Position numbers and translations under genes: made by a program. Below are positions 16,602 through 26,472 of a stretch of 64,000 nt of DNA, piece by piece. A model generated the notes under the pieces. That model worked only from the letters and a program-made list of their open reading frames with translations. It made no database searches and was not told the DNA's origin. Numbering within the stretch: the first letter of the stretch is position 1; each line of letters opens with the position of its first letter. Source of the stretch: Bugula neritina (Eukaryota; Animalia; Bryozoa). The stretch covers positions 21,096,628-21,160,627 of the forward strand of contig OZ037767.1 of assembly GCA_964035545.1 (NCBI GenBank). The letters run 5' to 3'.

Positions 16602-18199
16602 CTTTTAAAATAAAATTTCAAGATCATATTATGAACTAGTAGAACTCATAACACCAGGAATGATTCTGTGTGAAGTAAATTCACAATAAAACAAACATTC
16701 TACACCTTAAACATCGACAGCGTTTCAAATCATGCTAGATATTGGTTTTGCTGTTGAAAGTCACAAACTGAAAGCTTGCTTTGCTTAGGTTTCATTATGC
16801 ATATTCTTTCTATTGAGTAGAAGTAGACTACTCTAAAGATTATAGGCTTGCAACTATATAGGCATTTTAATAACCTCTTAGTATTAATTACTTGACATAT
16901 ACAGAGATGACATTCCTTGTTATAGTATTGTCATGCTCTATATTATATAATATTATATAACATAATAAAACTCTGCTTTCTAGAAAACATGGCTTATATT
17001 TTCAAACCTTCAACTAAGCCTTATATGTGTTTTAAAACACAACTCAATGACTTGTAGCAGCAGTAATGCCACCTGCAAAAAACCTGCCATATTTACCAGT
17101 GGCAGTTGCAAATTGTTATCGTACCCTAGAAAGCAATGTAACTGCAAAATTCAGAGTTGTCTTTTCATATAAAAGTAGAACTGATTACATATACATGGGG
17201 TATTTCCTGTTGGTGAGTGAACATTTGAGAGCCGGATATGCGAGGCTAGCTTAGAACCACATGGAGTTATATAACCTAAGTTTCTATCACGAATCTGACT
17301 CACATAATGATGGCTTGCTGTTGAATGTTCTTCAAAATGAATTTTCTGTTGTACTGGCTAGAACTCCATTTTAATATGCTTGAAGTTAAACAACAATCTT
17401 TGAATTTCTGCTATCAATGACGCAGTCATCTTATTTATAGTAATGTTTATATAACTTTTACTTGACTTAATTTACTGTCTACAAATATGAGATAATTTAT
17501 GCGTGCAAACAGATGGTACTTACTGGTTTTAAAGCAGTTAGAACCTGTTTGTTAACCCTGTAACATATTGTGCAACATTGAGAAAGTAAATCCAACCGGT
17601 ATATAACTAGCTGAAAGCAACTTAGTTAGAATAGAAAATAAGTGAATGGAAATGCATGGAAATAATATATTATTATATATAGGTGTTTTCTGTGTATAAT
17701 ATGGTGGGCTTGTTTGCCTTTGGTGGTTACAGGATCAGTTAAATGATGACACCCAATGGCAGCTAACTTTCAGCTTATGTGTTACTGTTTGCTTATAGAT
17801 TGTCATTTTACATGGCTCTAAGCTAAATATAACATTATATTCCTGTGGTCCATAGTGTCATATCATATAGCTCCACAAAGAGATGACAGGACAGAAATGG
17901 CTTTATACTTAGCAATAAGTACACAGTTAGATTAGAATAAATAAATGTATTTATTTATCAAATGCATAGCAATGTTGATATGACTGAAAAAAAATGCTCT
18001 ATTACAAAATATGAGCAAAAATTAATATTTGTTAGCTTACATAAAAATTTCATTTTTTAATCTATTTCAAGCTATAAATAAATAAAAAATATTCCTGTGC
18101 GTACCATACCCTAAAATCCTCAATCGAGAATGTTTTATCATATAGCAGGAAGAAGCAGTTTTCAAAAAATACTTCTAAACTAAAATTGACAGCACCAGA

Positions 18200-21100
18200 T
18201 CAACATTTCTGGAATACAAACAGATGCCCATCTACTCCTTCATTATTCTCAAACACCCAATGATTTGGATAGAACTCGTCTTTAACTATTTTCCATTTCC
18301 CTTCTGTGACTAGCTTATCAATAGTGGGTCTGAAATTTAGCTTATACTCTTCAACCGTCTCCAAGAATACGTCTCGCATGACCATCACAAAATATCCACC
18401 TGCAGGTAAATATTATGAGCACTAAACTTAGCCTATAAAACGTCTAGGAGAATTGTGAGAGCTAAACAAATGGTCAAAGAAACTTTTGTTTTGAGTAGCT
18501 ACAGTTATGCGCGTCTGTCTTTCATGATGAGTCACTACTGTACCAGAAAAGAATGTTGCCATTCACTGATCAATGAGTATGCATCGATAGCATCAATACC
18601 AATATTAAAAAACTAAAGTACACTAAAAACTAAATTTTGATATGTCAGTGTAAGCATAAAGCATCTTTACTAAAGGTTTCAATTTGATAAATGTTTCATT
18701 GCATGTAGGCACAGTCTTGCTGTGACAGCTAGTTATTGCTTGTCACAATAAGATCGTGACAAGTAATAGCAATCCGTAATAAAGTTTAGCAGAACCCAAC
18801 TATAATAGTTTGAGCTAATAAGGGAGCGGGTAACATAGCAATTGATAAACACCAGAAGCATCATGTGAAGTACACATTGTCAAGAGAAGCATACAGTGGG
18901 CTAGGTTTTATAGCTTGCCACTGGCAAAACGAGTAAAAACATGGGGAAACAATGGAACTATTTTGCGAGTTTTATTTTTAAAAAAATTCAGGTCAGAATA
19001 GTATTCTAATATATCGAGAATTGCTTATCATTAAAAGTGAAAAGATACTGAATAAACAGGTTGGTCTTTGGGAAAAACCCGTATAATCTTACCTGGTTTA
19101 AGTATGTTACAAATCTCAACTAACACCTCAGATTTCATGTGTCCAGCTACAAACGTTCCACAAGTCACAACTCCATCATATGTATCTACAATGTTATACA
19201 ACCCATCACACACTATTATATACTATACTATTATACATAGCAATTACTATATACACAACCATATGCCATATAAGATTATTATACCATATAATACTATTAT
19301 ACGTACTATGTTCCAGCCCACAGTCAAGGTACAGAAACTTCTGCATTATATTCGTGTACAACTTCTTTTCCTCTGCAATCTTATTCATACCTTCTGATGG
19401 TTCCAAACCCTCCAAGTTAGTGTACTGTCCCAGAGCCAACAACTGTATTACAAAACCCCAGGCTACTTTGGCAAGAGTATAAATATAAATATCTACAAGG
19501 TCATATCAGTTACACCATAGCTGTGTTTCTAAAAAGAATTTAACTTAACACAGCAGTTGAGTACAAAGTGACTTTCCAGAAACTACCTGGTTTCCAAAAT
19601 AAACTACTATCAATTATCTAATTAATTTGAATGAAATAAAAAGTGACATATTTACTGTATTATTAACAGTCAAAAGAACAGTAAGTTCACAAAAGCATTA
19701 ACTACATTAAATGGATAATATTGCAAAGGAGGGACTTTTTTACCTAAATGGAGGCTTAGTATGAAAGCCTTACCTTCTCTGCTATGAGTCCAGTTCCACT
19801 GCCGACATCTAGGATACGGGAGTCTAGCCTCTCTTTGAATAGATCGTGTGTGGTCTCAGCTACTACGCCTGGGCCACTGTTAACATAAATAGTTATTAGA
19901 ATCCTTTGAAAGCTGGTTGTGTGACACTAGACTTGTGTATCACATAGTGAAGCTTGTTGACTGGCATTGTACCAAGGCTAACTTCAGCACAGCAGATTTG
20001 GGTAGGCCTACTGGAAAAATGGCTTTTGTGTTACAATCACATGAGTTAGGCTGCTAGAAGGTTGAGGTGTGTGTGTGCGTGCTAATGAAGTGGGCAGATG
20101 AATGCAAATAATAACAAATAGGCTATTGAAGAAAAATGTTGGACATTTTTGTTAAGACATTGATTAAGTGAATATCTGTTTGACTGAGTGAAAGACTGTT
20201 TGAATTTTGACTGGGAAAATTGATGTATAAATTGTGGAGGAATCACTGTTAGAGTGAGTGAATATTTTGTATTAGCAATAAAGTGAATTATTGTTTTCTA
20301 GCTAATTATTTTTTATTCAAAACTAAAACTTGAAACTAAACCAAAATCAGTAAAAATTAGTCTTCTAGCTTGTTATGAGGCATATGTTTTAGTTTTATAG
20401 TTACTTGATAGGTTAAAAGAGGAGTTGTGTTACTTATGATTATTAGTTTGATCCACCATTCCAGGCAATATTTTGAGTTCAAAGAAGCACTGTGAGCCAC
20501 GACAGTGGTCAAAGAAATATTCTGTTGTTATTGCAAAACATGTCACCTGATTTTCTCACAGTAAGCTATGTTATGTTACCTGAACCTAACTGGATATTGT
20601 CTGGTTACTCCAGTACGTTCTTTGTTGTCTGAATCATTTCAGGTTTAGCATTGTGCGTCAGCTATCTGAGCTTTTTCTCAGACTATGAGCTTTCCCCTCT
20701 CCAGACAACAGTATGTGATGGAAAGTAGATTTAAAGGTAATTACTGCAGCTGACTGATATCACTTTTGAAGGAATATTTATTTTAAACAGTGTTATATAA
20801 ACATAACCGAGTTTGTATGTGTCAAAACATGGGTTTGTGTACGTAAGAGCTTTAAAGAATTTGTACAAGACAGAAGGTTTGCAATTGCAGACAGAATGGA
20901 ACCAATCAGAATGACTTTTATATACAGACACACTTGACTGCCCCTGGATGGTCATCCTAGGCATGCAATGAGCTAAATGGTTTTGAGATGGAAAATAAAT
21001 ACAGAATTGCTGCTTTTTTAAAAATCCCATATGATTTGGATGATAGCATAGACAGTAAAATAAGAATGCAGATTTTTCTCAATCAAATTTGTTCCAGTTT

Positions 21101-21374
21101 TTATAAGTATTTGTAAGGAAATGCATTGCGCTCTCTGCTTTGAAATTGACTTTTTTAGCTATAGAGATAGACTTTGTGTGTTTAAAATAAAATAAAAAAA
21201 GAAAATAGTCAAGTGATAGACTACCTACCCATAGCCATAAACTTTCATGTCTGAATCATAAACGGCAGCATTGCTGTTATAGAAATCAAGTCGTTCAACT
21301 GAATCCTGCTTCTCATCAATCACAGTAGGTTTGGCTACTTCATTCCATGGTGCTGCTGTCTTGGTGGCGGCCAT
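18200..21374 (-). CDS. METTL27: METTL27-like methyltransferase, copy 3 (225 aa). Exons 21374-21229, 19876-19774, 19442-19307, 19185-19093, 18399-18200
   Basis: MAATKTAAPWNEVAKPT..RLDFYNSNAAVYDSDMKVYGYGGP..ILDVGSGTG..KPGGYFVMVMR..FQKC*. All junctions are GT-AG and in frame. Convergent with copy 2. Confidence 0.87.
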
Positions 21375-22117
21375 GTTGGATTCCTTACTCTAAGTAAGTG
21401 AAGGTTAACTAGGTTAGTTCTTGTTTAGTAAAACAAAAGTAAAACAGGTAAAGTTTTTTGAAGCAACTATGAAAAATAAGCAACCATGTAGATTATTACG
21501 ATTAGCAGTGCACATTACAGATTTCGATTCCTAAAATTGTCAGTTAAAATAGTAAAACCTAAAACATGATACCTAAGCAAAGAGAAATTGCAAAAATCAA
21601 TAAAATTTTGATCATTAAATTATGTTTACAGTCTTCAGTCTGCCTTTAATTTTCTGAATAGTCTGAAAATCCTTCTTTATTAAAAATATATTATACTATT
21701 ATTAATATTGAACAATGTAATTCTATTTCAGCAAAGTTTTAATCACATAATGATTAACTTAATCATAATGTGAATGTCATTCAATTTCAAAGGAGGAAAA
21801 ATACTATAGAATATTACAAGTGACTTACTTTCCTAATCAAAGAATGAGAATGTATAACTAATAAACTAACCAGTCAAGTACAACTGTGCAAGGAGAAGTC
21901 AAAGGACCACGTTACTGTTTACTATCTTTAGTAGTTGAAACAAAAGCAGCCGAAAGCCTTCAATAGCTGATGCAGAATGTCATTCGACTTGTCACTGCAT
22001 ATGATAAATTAGTCTCGTAGGGACCTTTGAACTTATGGGGTTTGGCTCATTCAGTCAGTGCCCAAGTAATGATGAGCAGTGTGCAGCATAATTTTAAAGT
22101 ACTATTTATTGTTGTGC

Positions 22118-22362
22118 CTACTACTGCTGCTGCTACTGCTACTACTGCTGCTACGACCACTGCTGCTACTACTGCTGCTACTACTGCTGCTACTACTGCT
22201 GCTACGACTACTGCTACTACTGTTACTACTGCTACTACTGCTACTACTGCTACTACTGCTACTACTGCTACTACTGCTACTACTGCTACTACTGCTACTA
22301 CTGCTACTACTGCTACTACTGCTACTACTGCTACTATTGCTACTATTGCTACTATTGCTACT
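22118..22362. repeat. (GCTACTACT)n / CTA-CTG trinucleotide-type microsatellite
   Basis: Directly visible. It explains the poly-T/A, poly-L and poly-S ORFs. Confidence 0.97.
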
Positions 22363-23303
22363 TATACATTGACAGTAACACACTGGCCAACTGATTCACC
22401 ATGTTTCCAAGCTTCGCAGGATAGATTTTTTGAAGTTTGGAAACAAGAAACTACCATAAGTTTTGGGACATTTCAAGAGCATTGAAAGTTTTTGTTATAT
22501 TATGTTAATATGTAAACAACAAACCACATCATTACAGCTTTAATGGGAGTTTCATACCTATGTTAGCTATCCTATGCTTTTTCTGTAATTTGTTTGCTTA
22601 TGTACAGCTATTTTGGCTACCTACCACAAAAAAGCTAATTTTGGACTACTATATAAACAAGGCACTTATGTCTTTCCTCTCTTTACATTCAATCTTGGTG
22701 CTCAATATACATATTAAAGCACAACAATAACTTCATGAAAACTGCAACTACAAATTGGTATTTTACAAATGTCAACCAACACCTTATATTCATGTTTCCA
22801 TCATGATTTTAGGTAAAAATGGCACAGGTAATAATGGCACAAGGGAGACCGAAACATTAAATGTTATAACTGTCAAAGATGAAAGCATACCAGTAGAAAT
22901 TTTCCACTAGCCAATATTCTACTGAAATCAGTGTTACCAGTGCCTTCTGTGTGAATGATTAAATCAGAAAGAGCTATATTGTAAAAGTTGGTGCCGGGTA
23001 AATGTTTTACCAGACACCCACTTTTACTGCATGCACCTAACTGCATCATTGACAGCTACAACATTTAATATTTCCTCTCCCATACTAGAGTGATCAGCCA
23101 AATAAATTAGTGAACTGCTAGTACATTCAAAACTCTGGCAAAGCCAGCTATTGCCAACATCATTCTTGTTCTGCCAATCAACTCACATAATCTTAGAATT
23201 TCAACAGTAGCAAACACTTTATAAGCTGTATGGCATACCTGTAGGTGAGCCAGCAATATATCGGAAGTTGCCTACTTCATGTAGATGAAGTTACATTTAG
23301 GAG

Positions 23304-23504
23304 GAATGGTTCTATAAGCAGCGCCGAGTTGCTGGTGAATGAGTGCGGTAGTTTGGGAGGGGGGCCCCAACGTTGCAAGCAATGAACTTAATAATAGTCT
23401 ATTCCAGCTCAGTGGTTCCAAGTCATGTTCCCAACTCCAAACTTGAGACTCCCAAACTACTGCACTTGTTAACCACCAACTCAGAGCTGCTTATAGAACT
23501 ATTC
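23304..23504. mobile_element. Palindromic MITE, family A
   Basis: GAATGGTTCTATAAGCAGCGCCGAGTTG...CAACTCAGAGCTGCTTATAGAACTATTC; homologous to 4970-5143. Confidence 0.75.
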
Positions 23505-23513
23505 ATTCAGAAG

Positions 23514-23678
23514 CAGTAGTGGAGAACTTGAGAAAGCCTAAGCTCTTCAGTTTTTTATTGAATTTTTGTTTGGGGCGCAGGGTTGAAATTCTTCCATTAA
23601 CATAACTTCAGTGAACATAACTTCTTCTGCTAAATTTCTAATCCAGAACGCAGGCTTTTCTCAATTTCTCCATTACTG
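23514..23678. mobile_element. Small TIR element (MITE)
   Basis: CAGTAGTGGAGAACTTGAGAAAGCCT...AGGCTTTTCTCAATTTCTCCATTACTG inverted termini. No clear TSD. Confidence 0.5.
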
Positions 23679-24004
23679 ACCAATGAAGACATAATTTTGA
23701 GAAAAGGCATTGGTTATTTGCATTGTGCTTTAGCTGTACTGAACTGATAACGGATACGCCTTTACAATTGATTATTGTTGAAACTGAAAGCTTTAAATTA
23801 TGTCCAGTTCAACTTATTTGACTAAGACCAAGTGATTACATCTACATTTTCACTTTTAAGTTTTACTTACTTTTTTAGTACTAATACTAGTAATTGTTGC
23901 ATGATTATGATACCGATTAAGCTTAACTTATACTAATACAGTTAGTTATACAGTTAGTTTGACTTAGACTTATACTTATAATTATACTTAAACAGTTAAG
24001 TATT

Positions 24005-24320
24005 GCTATAATTATTAGTATTACTATTACTATTAGTATTACTATTACTATTACTATTACTATTACTATTACTATTACTATTACTATTAGTAATAGTAAT
24101 TACTATTAGTATTACTATTAGAGTATTACTATTAGTATTACTATTAGTATTAGTATTAGTATTATTATTATTATTAAATTTAATATTACTGTTACAGTAT
24201 TAGTATTACTATTACAGTATTAGTATTACTAATACACTACTAGTAATAGTTACTTATACTAATAGTAATACTACAACTATTAGTTTACTATTAGTATTAC
24301 TATAATTATAATTATAATCA
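24005..24320. repeat. (TATTAC/TATTAG)n low-complexity tract
   Basis: Directly visible. Confidence 0.9.
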
Positions 24321-24639
24321 TAATACTGATAGTCACCACTAGACACTATGACTATTGTTATGATTATCACTATCAGTATCACTATAGTCTATGTCCTTAG
24401 GCTTAAGAGTATGACTATTATAAATTATAATTATTAAAATATTATTAACAATAACCCACCTTGTAAAAATTAGAACACTCTGCTGACACCCACAAGCGAA
24501 AAATTATGAGTGCCTCTTATGTTGTTTTTGTTTGAGTTTATCATATGTTGAAATGCATCTATTTTAGCATGTTGCTAAGTTTGGATATTGTAATGTAAAG
24601 GGTTTTAGCACATAGCTAAGCTGAGTTTGTGTTATGAGG

Positions 24640-25056
24640 TGGTATCCTCAAATCTCTAATGCTTCGATAGAGAAAACTGTTGTGAAAGGTCTGTGAGGAT
24701 GCAAAAATAGATGTTGGTTCTCCTCTCTTAGCGCATCAAGTGTTTATTGACCAATTTGAATTTAATAGTTCATCATAAGCAGATGAAAGCGTTTCATGGC
24801 GCTCTTCATCCGAGAGTATTCTCATCAACAAAGTTAATCTGTGGTCTTTTAGTTGGCTAGCAAGAGTTTTAAGCTGTAAATCAGTGCGAGCATCACTGAT
24901 GCCACATCTTCCTTTAAGGTTAGCAATAAACCTGATGGCTTGATTTTGTACATGTTGAATTTCCTCACAGGCACTTTTGTTAGTTGGATCCCACAACGTG
25001 TCTGCATACTCAAGGATAGGTCTACATAGACTGAGATATGCAATTAATTTTGCCTT
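24640..25056 (-). mobile_element. 5'-truncated, decayed non-LTR retrotransposon (LINE, CR1/L2/jockey-group) ORF2 C-terminal fragment
   Basis: KLIAYLSLCRPILEYADTLWDP...IQHVQNQAIRFI...L.L.TL...RL, plus FHNSFLYRSIRDL downstream. These are the typical post-RT motifs (RP.LEY...WDP, VQ..A.RF, SF.PR.IRD) of these LINEs. Confidence 0.85.
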
Positions 25057-25182
25057 CATGGGTGTTTTATTAATTATGACTTACAGTAAATAATACTAAT
25101 AGTGATACAACTATAAAAAATTACAAAAGAGAACGAATATAATCCATAAAAAATGTTACATATAGTTAACCTGTTTGTCTAT

Positions 25183-25487
25183 TGTGGTGGTTCGTGGAAC
25201 TACCAGCAGCACAACATGTAGGGTCGCGTAATTGACCCGGAACAATGGATAGCCAATTAGCGTAGTTGATAGTTAGCAGCAATTGTAGTTTCCCGCTGCT
25301 AACTCAGTCGAAGCTAGAGTGTGAAATAGATTAGATGTGTAACTTGTTTGGAAATAATGTATCGTTTTTATAATGTATAATTGTGTGTAAAATATACTCG
25401 TTCACTCGACTTATCCTGGTGCAGTTCTATAGTAAATAAATAGACTCTCTGGATAGCACATCAACCCTAAATCTGAAAAATATAACA
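25183..25487 (+). repeat. 5' LTR (305 bp)
   Basis: TGTGGTGGTTCG...AATATAACA; identical to 32385-32689 except T25233 vs C32435. Contains AATAAA. Confidence 0.97.
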
Positions 25488-25488
25488 G

Positions 25489-25506
25489 TGGTGGCAGCGG
25501 TGGGAT
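25489..25506 (+). promoter_or_regulatory. Primer-binding site, tRNA-Leu
   Basis: TGGTGGCAGCGGTGGGAT is the reverse complement of the 3' 18 nt (ATCCCACCGCTGCCA-CCA) of animal tRNA-Leu(AAG) as I recall it. It starts 1 nt after the LTR. Confidence 0.88.
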
Positions 25507-25518
25507 AGTGCATCCAAG

Positions 25519-26472
25519 ATGGAGACTGAAAATGCTGGAACTCAACCACCGGCAATCGAAGGTGAGCGTAGAGTCAATGCTGTAGAGACAATGCCTGTTA
25601 ACCATGTAGTAGAAGAGCGAAGGGTTCTGCGAGAACTAGCTGAGGACCGCTACAGGTTAAAGGCGCCCACCTTCACGGGTGAAGAGGAGGTGGAACAATT
25701 TATCCAAGAGTTTAGCGACGTAATGGACGTCGCTCAGTGGCCCCCTGGGGTGGCCTTGCTGAAGCTTAGAATGGCATTGATGGACAAAGCCAAGCCCTAT
25801 GGGCTGGGCGTAGACATTGATAATATCTTTGCTTCTCTGCGGGCCCGCTTTGGCCTCTCTGCTACAGATGCCAGGGCCCGATTGCAAAGGTTGCGGCGTG
25901 ATCCCCGCACCCCGCTGCGGGAGCATGCCGCCGCGGTCATGAAGCTGGCACAGATCGCGTACGGCGACTTGCCCCCAGTCAACCGCGAGAGGTACACCCT
26001 CGACGCTTTCATAGCATCTGTCGACGATCTGGGTCTCCACCACCAGTTTCTAGCTAGGGGAGTCACCACCGTTGAAGATGCTCTGACTGAGGGGGAAGCT
26101 TACCTCCTAGCTAATCAAATGCATAAAAGCCGCGGAAGCTCCCGCCAAGTGGAGATAGACCGCGCAGACGCGGCCGCGGGACAAGGGGAGGAAACCCCCG
26201 CCGCGGCTGCCGTGTCCCAGTTGGCGACGGCATCAAAAGTCACTCAACTGACGGACATGCTAGCCAAGCTGATAGCAACACTGACACCACAAAACCCAGT
26301 GAGTACCGCCCCTGAGCCCATGCGGCCATCGGCGCCGCCACAGGGAGAAACAGTCAGTTTTTGCTGGGAGTGCGGAAATCAAGGACATTTCCGCCGATAT
26401 TGTCCCTTCCTAAATCAGGGGTTAAACTACCGCGGCCCGCAGATGTTCCCACCTTCCGCGGGCCGACGATGA
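25519..26472 (+). CDS. gag: Gag (317 aa) with a CCHC zinc knuckle
   Basis: Capsid-like APTFTGEEEVEQFIQEF...W...L.ARF, and knuckle CWECGNQGHFRRYC. The ATG follows the PBS by 12 nt. Confidence 0.93.
   Translation: METENAGTQPPAIEGERRVNAVETMPVNHVVEERRVLRELAEDRYRLKAPTFTGEEEVEQFIQEFSDVMDVAQWPPGVALLKLRMALMDKAKPYGLGVDIDNIFASLRARFGLSATDARARLQRLRRDPRTPLREHAAAVMKLAQIAYGDLPPVNRERYTLDAFIASVDDLGLHHQFLARGVTTVEDALTEGEAYLLANQMHKSRGSSRQVEIDRADAAAGQGEETPAAAAVSQLATASKVTQLTDMLAKLIATLTPQNPVSTAPEPMRPSAPPQGETVSFCWECGNQGHFRRYCPFLNQGLNYRGPQMFPPSAGRR

Noticed and set aside
22027-22485. Thr/Ala-rich mucin- or antifreeze-like ORF (and poly-L / poly-S ORFs)
   Set aside because: These are translations of a stop-free trinucleotide-type microsatellite, with non-ATG or weak starts and no exon support.
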